The notes beneath the pieces are model-generated. The model saw nothing but the letters and a program-made list of their open reading frames with translations, was not told where the DNA came from and did not search any database. 64,000 nucleotides of DNA from Felis catus (lineage: Eukaryota): positions 142,664,001-142,728,000 of the forward strand of contig NC_058368.1 in the NCBI RefSeq assembly GCF_018350175.1, read 5' to 3'. This document shows, one piece after another, positions 41,608 to 53,029 of the stretch. The stretch's first letter is position 1. Every line of letters begins with the position of its first letter. Both the position numbers and the translations under genes were made by a program.

Positions 41608-43084
41608 AATTCACTCACTCACTTACTCACTCACTCCAGAAAGAAAGAGGAAACTGGAAAACAGTGTCCTAATTTATTATATATTGGTAGACAAACATCT
41701 GAACTTTTTCTATAATTGAAAGTGTAGGTAGTCACAGATCTTAGTGATCCTTAAAAGTAAGTACAGAATGTTGTTACTCCCATTCGGGAGGCATGGATTT
41801 GGGCTCCATATTCCTGATCCCTATCAAGTAGCACAGGAGCCCAATGTCTACAGTATTTGGGGACCAGCAAAAGTACATGTTTGTTCTATCCCTTTTTTTG
41901 AATTAAAGCCTTCCTTGTTTTCCCTTCAGTTTGATCTTGAAAGAATGCTTGATACTTTTAACTAATGAAGTTATGAATTTCAGGGCAAACTAAAGTTATT
42001 TGGCAGCTTGAGGGAGAAACATGGTTTACTCATAAATTATTCGGCTCCCTTTCCAGACCTGAAACTCCTTTAAGGCAGATTTTTTTTTTTAAACTAGGTA
42101 TCTGTTTATCCATCAGTAATGCTAATTCAGAAGTAATGGATGAAAAAGCATCACAGAAGTGCTTCAGAGTCTGGCAAGTTTGAGAATAAGAGAGAAGTGA
42201 AAATAACAGCAGCAGACAGAAAAAAGTAGAAGTATTGTTGTGAAAGAATAAGTGCATTAATTCCTCGTATGACAAGAAAAGATGGGAATTGAGGTCAATG
42301 ATTTTTCAGAGAGAATTATGCCAGAGAAGGCTCAAATATTCTTTTTGGGCAAGCATCAACTACTTTACTTGGTCTTTATGTTTCCAAATATATGATACAA
42401 GTTAAATGTTCTGAATTTACCTTTGATGCAGAAGCAACACTTTCTTGGATGTCTACTTCAGAGATAGTAAGATACGCTTTTAGGGTTACCCAAAAAACAC
42501 AATAAAACAAACTGAGTGAACCGGTGATCCTGTTTGCCCAACGCTCTTTTCTGAGGTTTGTTCAGTGCTAAAGCAACTCACTGAGGTATGGGTGTCCACT
42601 TACGCAAGAGAGACAAACAACTCATGAGGACACTGATCAACACAATTCTCTTTGAAGAACAAGGTAAGAGTGAAACATTTAATGTCAGAAACAAAAATAA
42701 CCTAATATACCTAGATATTACAAAGTCTGTTACAAGAATTAACAAATAATTTGAATATTGAATGCATACTTAATAAAGATACAAGAACAAGATTCCCTTG
42801 GATTTGCAGATGACACTTGTTCCAAAGCCAAAGTAAAACAAACTGTGAGTCCTCAGACTGATCAGTCCTCCTGATCATACAGGTGGCAGAACCCCTTCTG
42901 ACGGGGTACACAGTGAAAGTGAGGAGAAATCAAATAACACTGGACATTCCAAGCAGGTGCTCAGAAGGGAAGCCGGCTGGAGAAGAGGAAGCGTGGGAAG
43001 CAGTGAGGTCCCTGTGCTTAATGAGAAGCAAGAGGTTAAATGAAGGCATTTCACCAGGAGACAAAGGGATGTGGAAAGAGAGAG

Positions 43085-43457
43085 TTCTGAGAAAGACAAA
43101 TACGATGCGATTTCACTCATATGCGCAATCTAAAAACAAACAACAAATAAACAAAAAGTGGCATCAGACCCATAAATACAGAGAGGAAACTGGTTGCTAT
43201 CACGGGGCTGGGATGGAAGGATGAGTACAATGGGTCAAGGGGAGTGGGAGACATAGGCTTCCAGTTATGGAATGAAGAAGTCATGGGCATAAAAGGCAGG
43301 AAATATAGTAAACAGTACAGTAATAGTGATGTTTTGTGACAAATGGGACCTACACCAGTGGTGAGTATAGCATAACGTATGGAGATGATGAATAACTATG
43401 TTGTACACCTGAAACTAATGTAACACTGCATGTCAACTACACTCAAATTTAAAAATT
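43085..43457 (+). mobile_element. Carnivore L1 3' end
   Basis: gagaaagacaaatacgatgcgatttcactcatatg…tgttgtacacctgaaactaatgtaacactgcatgtcaactacactcaa. Confidence 0.9.
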
Positions 43458-43460
43458 AGC

Positions 43461-43661
43461 AGGAAGGAAGGAAGGAAGGAAGGAAGGAAGGAAGGAAGGA
43501 AGGAAGGAAGGAAGGAAGGAAGGAAGGGAGGGAGGGAGGGAGGGAGGGAGGGAGAGAGGGAGGGAGGAAGGAAGGAAGGAAGGAAGGAAGGAAGGAAGGA
43601 AGGAAGGAAGGGAGGGAGGGAGGGAGGGAGGAAGGGAGGGAGGAAGGAAAGAAGGAAGGGG
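43461..43661 (+). repeat. Compound (GGAA)n/(GGGA)n pure-purine microsatellite, 201 nt
   Basis: No pyrimidine across the interval. Confidence 0.97.
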
Positions 43662-46072
43662 TCCAATATCTGGGACACTCAAGGTCTTCTGAACAGCCAT
43701 GAACACAGGATGAAAAAACAAAATCAAACAAATAAATCAGAACACATGCCCCTGAATAACCACAATAGGCATCAACAAGTCCCTGCAATCAGACCCTAAT
43801 GCAGGGCCCATTTAGTCTTAGACACGATTCTAATTTTATGAATGGTGTCTGGCTTCCTAATTTCAGAGCAGGCTAGAATCTGCAAATTAGAAAGGTGCAA
43901 ATTGCTGGAGATGGTCTCTGCAGAGACCACTCTGAGACTAAGGTAAGAAGAAGGGGACAGCAAGGCTCCTTGCATTTTCCTGTGCCCAGTGTGGTGTGGC
44001 TGCAACAGAGAACAACGTAGGCTCAGAGGCCCTCACACCACAATGTAGAAGAGGTTACAGCCCCAGTGATGGACGGTTTTCATTTGCTGTGGAGAAGAGC
44101 ACAGATGGGGCAAGTGATGGTCTGAGTCTCTGCAGGCCAGGGGGTTGCAGCACGATCTAGATGGATGGACGACATGAAAAGGCCCCGTATGAAGGGGGTT
44201 TCTGTAGAAAGTGACCATGGACCAGACAATCTCCTCGGCTGCAATGTACTGGTTCCCTGGAGGGGAGCCAGGGATGAGACAAAAGGACCTTGAACTGATG
44301 ATCTGAACTGACTGACACCAGGTTTCCTCCACCTAGCAGGACTGCAACCCCAGCGAGCAGTGTTACGTTCACTTCTGCAGGGAAAGATGAAACAAGTTAC
44401 ACTTCTTGCATGTCAAAGTTTGTGGACAGAAATCTGTGATCGCTGCACACACGTGTGAGCATTATGGCTGGGTGCACTGTGTTTGGTGGATAAAATAGTC
44501 ATATTAGGTTATTCTGCAGGCGAAAGAGAAGGTGAATCCATTTTTATTGTTGTAGTTGTTTTGTGTTTCTTGTGGATGTGGTAACACATGACCCATCTGT
44601 GGACTCATTCACAGATTGTACCTTTTAATCGAATAGCAACTATAATAACTGGGGAAGTTTTGAAATAGAGGAGAAAAGGAAGCTTGCTTCTATATCATCG
44701 TTCTCAAGCCTTTCAAGCCCCAAACCCCCTTTTTATAGTTAAAATTTTATAGTTCTCCCTATACTGTACTGTAATGGGATTCAAACACAATATTATACTT
44801 AACCACCTACTTTGTAAAACAACTCTAAATGTAATATAAAGGAGAATAGGTAATTGATAATATATTAGCATGTGTTTCACCTGAAAATGTGCAGGCTCAG
44901 TCCTAGAAGATACAGCAAAGTGATTAGATAATTCCATGTGCTGTATATTAATAACTTTCGGCTTAAAGGAGACCATTCTATACTAGAGGCACAGAAAAAT
45001 CAAAGAGGGTAGGTATGAATGCTAAAATAAAAATTGGGATATTAAGTGGATCTAAAACCACACAAAAAGTGCCTTGTGCTTATATGTAAAACTAGACTTG
45101 GTTCTAAACTCAGAAAACCCGAAGCATGTTCTTTAATCTTTATGACAAAGCAGTCGGATATCCGTGAGCATCTAAGACTCAGGGAAGCTCCTCACTGCAC
45201 AGGGTTATTAGGAGCATTGCGTCTGGGCCTCTGCCCACTGAGTGCTAGCAGCACCCCACCAAATTTCCAAAATGTTTCCAGGAGGAACCACTGCCCTACA
45301 CAACGGCAAGTTGGGACATACAGCCAGGGATAAATTGTGGCCTCTCTGTCAAGAGGCTTGTCAGATGACATTCGTTACTTTGTAAATTTACCATGGTTGG
45401 GGATCTGGCCTAAAGCCCTGCAAGCTCATAAATAATTCTGCCAGCACACGGAGAGAGGCTCCACCTCTCAGGAGCAAAACTATTACAGATGATATATACA
45501 TCAGAACGTCAACTGATTTACAATATAAACTTACGTATCACAGACGCTGGCATGTTCGCGCCCCAGGTGAGTGGCTTAAGTGCGTGGGAAGCTAAATGGG
45601 AATCAGATTTCCCGGTGAAGAAGGACTCACAGACTTACTATGTCTCACTGCCAATACACAGTATATTTGTACTTATGTTTATGCAATCTCACAATAAAAC
45701 CTCAAAATAAACATTTTAGATCTAAAATATATTAAATTGCACTATAAATATTCAAAAAGGTGGTGAAAGAAGGCCTCCTTCTTTGAAAAAGGAAATCAAC
45801 CAAGTTTCAACCATTTTTTTTTTAGCAATTAAGTTCTCACAAATCTAAAGTATACTCAAAAACAGATAGCCTACGTAGCTCTGTATCTATTCAGGAAATT
45901 GAAATGTGTAGTTAAAAAACTTCCCATAAAGAAAACTCTAGGCTTCAGTGGCTTCACTGGTAAATTCTACCAAGCACTTAGGGAGAAATATTACTAGTTC
46001 TACACAAACTCTTCCAGAACGCATCCCTCATTGAATGCAGCATTACTCTGATTCCAAACCCAAAGACATTAT

Positions 46073-46230
46073 GAAAAAGAAGGAGAAGGAGAAGGAGAAG
46101 GAGAAAGAGAAGGAGAAGGAGGAGGAGGAGGAGGAGGAGGAGGAGGAGGAGGGGAAGGAGGAGAAGAAGAAGAAGAAGAAGAAGAAGAAGAAGAAGAAGA
46201 AGAAGAGAAAGAAGAAGAAAAGAAAGAAAA
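46073..46230 (+). repeat. Compound (GAAGGA)n-(GAG)n-(GAA)14 pure-purine tract, 158 nt
   Basis: Direct read; sits inside L1 ORF2 sequence. Confidence 0.95.
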
Positions 46231-46313
46231 CTACAGTGGACAGAGGTTCAAAAATCCTTAACAAAATTTTAGTAAATCAAATCCAGCTATATACAAAAAT
46301 TATAATACATCAT

Positions 46314-47043
46314 TGTGTTAGTTTTCTATCAATGCTATGAAAAATTACCACAAACTTAAGAGCTTAAACACCACAGATTTACCATCTTTTTGTTCTATAG
46401 GTTAAAAGTCTGATGCAAGTCTCATTGGGAAAAAATGAAAGTGTTGGGAGGCTTGCATTCAATTTCAGAGGCTCTAGGGAAGAACCTGTTTCTTTGCTTT
46501 TTCCAGTTTCTGGAAGCCACTGGAATTCCTGGGCTCAAGACCTTCTTCCTCCACCTTCAAATCCAGTAATAGCTGGTTGAGTCTTTCTCTCATTACATTA
46601 CTTTGTCCTCCTCTTTGTTTCTCTCTTCCACATTTATTTATTTTCAAAAAATGTTTATTTATTTAGCGAGAGAGAGAGGAGGCGGGGAGAGGGGCAAAGG
46701 GAGAGAGAGAGGAAAAAAATCCCATGCAGGCTCTGCACTGTCAGCAGAGTCCAATGTGGGGCTTGATCCCACGAACCATGAGATCATGACTTCAGCCGAA
46801 ATCAAAAGTCAAATGCTTAACTGACTGAGCTACCCAGGCGCCCCTCTCTTCTACATTTAAAAATCTCAGTGATCACATTAGGTCCTATAAGATAATCTCT
46901 CCATTTTAAGGTCAGCTAACTAGAAATCTTAATTCAGTCTGCAACCTTAATTCTCCTTTGTCCAAAACATATTCATTGATTCACGGCTCTACAATGTGTA
47001 TATCTTCAGAGGAAGAAAGGGGACCATTACTTCACCTACCACC
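46314..47043 (-). mobile_element. MLT1 (MaLR) solo LTR, MLT1C/D-like, interrupted by a SINE
   Basis: tgtgttagttttcta…aaattaccacaaactt…gaggctctagggaagaacctgtttc…cctaccac; 5-bp TSD atcat at 46309 and 47044. Confidence 0.87.
46637..46843 (-). mobile_element. CAN-SINE in the MLT1 LTR
   Basis: TSD ctctcttc(c/t)acattta. Confidence 0.92.
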
Positions 47044-47221
47044 ATCATGATGATCAGGTGATGTTTATTCTAGGACTGCAAGCAAGTTTCAAATAGAAGA
47101 ACAAAGTTGAAAGAATTACACTAGCCAACTTCAAGACTTACTATGTAAAGCTATAGTAATCAAGACAGCATGGTACAAGAAGAGGAGCCTGGTAAAAGAA
47201 CCACATTTAAATGATCATTTG

Positions 47222-47432
47222 AGGGATGCCTGGGTGGCTCAGTCTGTTAAACGTCAGACTTCGACTCAGGTCATGAGCTCATGGCTCAGCTCCTGATTTC
47301 GAGACCCTCATCAGGCTCTATGCTGATGAAGCCTAGAGCCTGCTTCAGATTCTGTGTCTCCCTCTCTCTCTGCTCCTCCGCCACTTGCATGCTCTTTCTC
47401 TCTCTCAAAAATAAACAGTAAAAATTTTTTTA
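47222..47432 (+). mobile_element. CAN-SINE
   Basis: TSD taaatgatc(a/g)tttga. Confidence 0.9.
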
Positions 47433-47610
47433 AATAAATGATCGTTTGATACTTAGCAAAACAAACCAATTGAGAAAAATGTCTTTCCAACAAATGATTC
47501 TTAGAGTAACTGTATACCTATAAGAAAAACAACAACAACAACAAATCCTGACAAATCCCACTTCACAGCATACATAAGAAATAAAAAAGGATATTACACC
47601 TGGGTGTAAA

Positions 47611-47736
47611 AATGGCACCTGGGTGGCTCGGACAGTGGGCGTGTGACTTCAGCTCAGGTCATGATCTCTCAGTTGGTGGGTTCGAGCCCCACATTGGACT
47701 CTGTGCTGACAGCTCAGAGCCTGAAGCCTGCTTTGG

Positions 47737-47779
<43 letters not shown>

Positions 47780-47853
47780 ACGCCCTCCCCCCACCGCTTG
47801 CACTCTCTCTCTCTCTCTCTCTCAAAAAGAAATAAGTACTAAAAAATTTTTTT
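47611..47853 (+). mobile_element. CAN-SINE
   Basis: Head ggcacctgggtggctc, two (CT)n blocks. Confidence 0.9.
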
Positions 47854-48650
47854 CTAATGGATATCACAATGCAATAGTAAAAAAAAAAAAAGGCAATAAA
47901 ACAAAACATTTAAAATGTAGGCAAAAGATTTGAACAGATATTTCTCCAAATAAGATGAGCACAGGAAAAAATGTTCAGTATCATTAGTCATCAGAAAGCT
48001 ACAAATCAAAACCACAAGGAGATACCACTTCACATTCACTAGGATGGTTGTAATTAAAAAGACAGACAATGACAAGTGTTGGAGAGGATGCAGAGAAATT
48101 GGAACCCTCAAACATTGCTGGTGGGAATATAACACGGTTTTGCTGATTTGGAGATGGTTTGGCAGTTCCTCAAAAAGTTGAACATAGAGTTACTACATAA
48201 CCGAGAAATCCCATTCCTAGGTGTATACTTAAGAGAAATGAAAACATATGTCCACACAAAAACTTGTGTATGAATGTTCACAGCAGCATTACTCATCATA
48301 GGCCCCAAAAGTGGAAACACCCAATGTCCACTAATTGATGAAAGAGTAAAGAGAATGTGATATATTTTCAGGGATGTACAGCAAAAAAAAAGGAGTATTA
48401 TTCAATAATAAAAAGGAATGAAATACGGATACATGCTACAATATGGAAAACAGTGTGCTAATGAAAGAAGCTAGATAGATACAAAAGGCCACATATTGTA
48501 TGGTTCCACTTACATGAAATGTCCAGAAGAGACATTCCAAATCTATGGAGACAGAAAGTAGATTAGTGGTTGCCGTGGGCTGGAAGGAAGGGTTGATGCT
48601 AATGGACACAGGATTTTGCAGAGGAGTGGGTGACAAGAAATTAATGGTGA

Positions 48651-48856
48651 GGGGCGCCTGGGTGGCGCAGTCGGTTAAGCGTCCGACCTCAGCCAGGTCA
48701 CGATCTCGCGGTCCATGAGTTCGAGCCCCGCGTCGGGCTCTGGGCTGATGGCTCAGAGCCTGGAGCCTGTTTCTGATTCTGTGTCTCCCTCTCTCTCTGC
48801 CCCTCCCCTGTTCATGCTCTGTCTCTCTCTGTCCCAAAAATAAATAAATGTTGAAA

Positions 48857-48906
<50 letters not shown>
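48651..48906 (+). mobile_element. Very young felid CAN-SINE with an A43 tail
   Basis: Perfect 16-bp TSD aagaaattaatggtga at 48635 and 48907; pure A run 48866-48908. Confidence 0.97.
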
Positions 48907-48910
<4 letters not shown>

Positions 48911-49909
48911 AATTAATGGTGAATATCACACACAACTGTGTGAATATATTAAAAACCACTGAATTGTCCATTTTAAAAGCGTGAATTTACGATAATGTGT
49001 CTTATATCTTAACAAAATAAACTTGTATGGGGAAAAAAAGACAGATCAAAGACCTAAATGTAAAAGCTAAAGCCCTAAAATATTATAGAAAGGCATAAGA
49101 GAATCTTTTTGTAATTGGGGAAGAGGTTTCTTAAAGCCAATAGCTGTTTTTATATATTTGTGTATCAAAAGTGATCAGACCCATGATGGTGCAAAAGGAT
49201 GCAAAGTGATGATAAAAATTCAAAGGCAGAATAAGCAGAGGGAGAAAGTGACACTCTGCTCAGCTAGTGGGATCTCATTCCTATTAAACATCCATCCTGC
49301 ACGTTTTGCCCTTTGGATGAGAGGTAGGCTAAAGAAAAAAATTCTACATTCAGGAAAACTCTTCCTGGTGTTACAGGAATGTATACAATCTGCTTCATGG
49401 AAATAGTCCAAACCAGCCTACTCCATGTATATTTTAGAACCACAAGTGAGGGAGAGCTCAGTACAACAGATGTGATGCTTCCAGAGAGGGCATTCTCAAT
49501 ACCACCCCGATTACCAAAACCCAGAGCTTCCAAGATATGTCAAAGGCTTTGCTCTTGTTTTCTCCAGTCCAGACTGACTTGGCTTCTTTTAAAACCAGTA
49601 GATCTCTTCCGGAATCAAGGTGTCTCTTTTACAGACCTCAGTTGTTCATCAGGGCCTTTTGTGGTAAACTGACCCTATAAAACATCTGCCTGGCACGTGA
49701 GGCACCAAATTCTTTTTTGGAAAGCTCCTCCTATGTACCCAAAGAGACTGCTTCATTGTTTATTCCATTTTTAGTTTCCTGCAAGTTTAATGTGGAATCA
49801 AGTGGAAAATGACTTCAAAATACTTAAGAGATTACATGAATCTTTTCCATACTTCATGCAGTCATGAAGATACATTAACCCTAGCAGATATGAAATGGTA
49901 TGCTAGTGA

Positions 49910-52140
49910 TTTCTTTTATTTTTTATTTTCTGATTTACATACAGTAAAGGTCACTTGCTTTGGTACGGAGTTTTATGAATTTTGACAAATGGAGTCATAT
50001 AACCAGCGCCATAATCACGGAACAACCCTGTCATCCCAGAATCACTCCCTTGTGCTGCTCCTTTGTAATCAAAGCCTCCACTGCACCCTTAAGCCCTGGC
50101 AACTGGTGATGGCTTCTCCATCTTTAAAGTTCTGCTTTTTTCCAGAAGGCCATATAAAAGGAATCAAACAGTGTGAAACTTCTGGAGTCTGGCTTCTCTC
50201 ATGCAGCAGAATGCAGTTGAGATACATGCACATTAGCGCATGTATCCGTGGCTCATTATGCTGCCGCGTGGCACAGCCATCCACTGCAGAGGTAGGCCAC
50301 AGTTTTGCTTATCTGTTCACCAGCTGAAGGAAATCTGGGTTTTCTCCAGTCTTTAGTGGTTATCCATAAGGCTGCTGTAAACATGTGGGTACAGGTTTTT
50401 GTATAACCATGTTTTCATTTCTCTAGGTTAAATCCCCACCATTGAGATTGCTGCTTTCAAGATGTTTTTTCCTTCATCTTTGGTTTTCAGCATTTTGATT
50501 ACAATGTGAGCGTAGCTTTCTTTGGGTTTATCCTGACTGGATTTTACTGAGCTCCTTGAATCTACACATGTAGACCTCATCAAATTTGTGAAGTTTTCAG
50601 ACATTATTCCTTCATATGTTTTTTCTCGGCAATAATATTTCTCCTCTCCTTGGGACTCCAATGACATAAATGTTAGCTCTTTTAATATTGTTCCACAGGT
50701 CCCTACAGCTGGTTCAATTTTTTTTCTTTTTTCTGTCTTTTAGATTATATAATGTCTATTAATCTGTCTTGAAGTCCACTGACCCTTGCCTCTACTATTC
50801 TGCTACTGGGCCCACAGTGCTAATTTTAATTTCAGATATTATATTTTTTAGTTCTAAAATTCCAGCTTGGCTTGCTTGCTTGCATGCTTGCTTTCTTCTG
50901 CTGAGAACTTTACCTTTCCATGCATTCTAAGAGTGTTCAACTGCATCTCATGGAGAATGGTTATAATTGCTACATTAAAATTTTAATCTGACAACTTCAA
51001 CATCTGGGTGATCCCAGAGCTGCATCTCTTGACAGTCTTTTCCCTTGAGTATTGGTCACATTCTCCTGGTTCTTTGTAGGATGAGTAATTCTGGATTGTT
51101 CCCTGGGCATACCAAGTTGTGAGACTCTAGGTCCTATCAAAATCTTCTCAAGGATGTAGATGTTTCTTTGTTTGAGCAGACAACCAATCCAGTTAGATTC
51201 AGATTGCAAGTTTTGTCTCACCTTCTGTGAACAGTGGTTTAGTTTTCAAAGGCTTTGCCGTACTGTTTGTGTTTACCCAATATGCACCACATTCAGGAGT
51301 TAGTGTGGGACTTGGGTAGTGGTTTACATTGCAGTTAAGTTCTTGAAACTTTGCTTTGCTTCTTTGGGTCTGTGTGGCACATGCACCACTTAGAGGTGAG
51401 CCTGGGGCTTACACAGAACTGGGGGATCCCAGCTTCTCCACCTCTATCCTCTCTGAGATTCCCCACACACGTTCTAGCCTCCAGGGGTCCCCTTTTTCTT
51501 GTTCCTCTGGTCAGAAAGACAGGTTTCTCCCAGGTTTTAGTCCCTTATTCTGTCATGTGCTTCCATACAACTCAGGCTGCCTTTGGGAGCAAAGCGGCAA
51601 AATAAAAAAGAGAAATAAAACAATGAGATTCTCCCACACTTTTTGGACAAAGGGGGCTCCTTTTCCCTGGTCCTCTGGTTACAAAGAATTTTCTTTTGGG
51701 AATTTCAGGTGTCCAACCCCCCAACACAAAAGTAAATGCAGATCTTCAACTTGGGTTGGCCTTTGGGGAGAGTCAAGGGAGGAAAAGAAGGAACAAAATA
51801 ATAATTCCCCTATATTCTCCAGCAAAGGACTCCTTTCCCAAACCACTGTTTAGAAATAGAGGGTTTCACCTAGAGATTCTTCTACCAGTGCCTATTGCGT
51901 TGTTCTAGACTTCCATCAGGCCTTGGGTCAAAGCTGCAAGGCTGAGGAGACAAAACAAAACTCACACCTGGCACAAAGGATTGATAAAGCTTTGACTTCA
52001 TTCCCATTCACCATTGCCTTGCTATTGTTTATTTTTCATTGCCCCAGAGAGTCACTTTCTGTAGTTTCTAGAGTTCCAGGTGCCGTCCCTGAGAAAGTTA
52101 GGCTTTGGTTGGCTTACTCTATCCTGCCCATCACTAGAAG
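49910..52140 (-). mobile_element. Old L1 (L1MC/M4-like) pieces: 3' UTR ~49910-50445, ORF1/5' region ~50445-52140
   Basis: ORF 50428..50667 (IMSENFTNLM…HIVIKMLKTKDEGKNILKAA) is L1 ORF1p-like; antisense 3' UTR motifs. Confidence 0.8.
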
Positions 52141-52153
52141 GGTATATGCAATA

Positions 52154-52374
52154 TTAAAAAAAAAATTAATGTTTTAAAATTTATCTTTGAGAGAGAGACA
52201 GAGCATGAACAGGGGAGGGGCAGAGAGAGACGAAAATACAGAATCTGAAGCAAGTTCCAGGCTCTGAGCTGTCAGCACAGAGCCCGATGCGGGGCTCAAA
52301 CTCATGAACTGTGATATCATGACCTGAGCCGAAGAAGTTGGACACTTAACCAACTGAGCCACCGAGATGCCCCT
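52154..52374 (-). mobile_element. CAN-SINE
   Basis: Diverged TSD aaggg(t/a)at(a/g)tgcaa at 52138 and 52376. Confidence 0.92.
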
Positions 52375-52436
52375 AAGGGAATGTGCAACACCTTAATGTG
52401 AATGGGCCAATGAGACTTGTGATGGGGACCTTGTCA

Positions 52437-52478
52437 TTGTTGTTGTTGTTGTTGTTGTTGTTGATGATGATGATGATG
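52437..52478 (+). repeat. (TTG)n(ATG)n compound microsatellite
   Basis: Direct read. Confidence 0.9.
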
Positions 52479-53029
52479 TTTTTACTGTTTTATTGTTTGC
52501 CTGGGGTAATACAGAAGCAGAATGAATGTCACCGCATCTTAGGTAAGCATAAAGAAAACAATTATTTTGAAGGCCTTAGTTAAGCACCTGCAAAGTATCC
52601 ATGACTGTTGTCAGCATTGTGAGAAAAGACAACAAAGGGTCAATACACAGTTCCTACTCTCAAGGGATAGGTCATCCATGTGCAAAATACAAAACTGTCC
52701 ATAATTAGGACAAAAAAGGACACCAACAAAGAGAGAGAGAGGAGAACTGGGTAATTAGAGCAGGTGACTCTGGAGGCCCTTCAATCCCATGCTAGAATTT
52801 GGTGAAGAAAAGGCACATTCCACCAGAGGGAAAGGGGGCTTGACAGGGTAATTATTCTTCCAAAGTTGGTTTTGTACCTTTTTATTACACACTGAGTTTA
52901 TGTGCCCCAAAGGAAACTAAAAGGCAGTTTCTAAGGACATTTTATTACTCCTGACCCTGTTCTTCCCTCCCCTCCTCTCAACTTGGTAGAAAGGGTTTCC
53001 AGAACTCTGGTTCAGGGTGAGGATGAAGG

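Larger units (their letters stand above)
45870..49030 (+). mobile_element. Fragmented old L1 (ORF2 pieces plus 3' UTR) hosting an LTR, SINEs and a purine tract
   Basis: ORF2-like motifs (GFTGKFYQ, LIPxPKDI…ENY, KILNKILVNQIQ, IIHH…DQV) and 3' UTR aagagaaatgaaaacatatgtccacacaaaaacttg. Confidence 0.85.

Noticed and set aside
44033..44332. 99-aa minus-strand ORF as a processed pseudogene
   Set aside because: I do not recognise any protein family, and there is no poly(A) tail or TSD. A BLASTP/tBLASTx search would be needed.
45489..45572. Plus-strand exon ending in a perfect CAG|GTGAGT donor (antisense transcript)
   Set aside because: No convincing acceptor pyrimidine tract or partner exons; such donors occur by chance.
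46035..46340. Poly-E/K ORF (and the PSFL-repeat ORFs at 43433-43788)
   Set aside because: Open frames produced by microsatellites.
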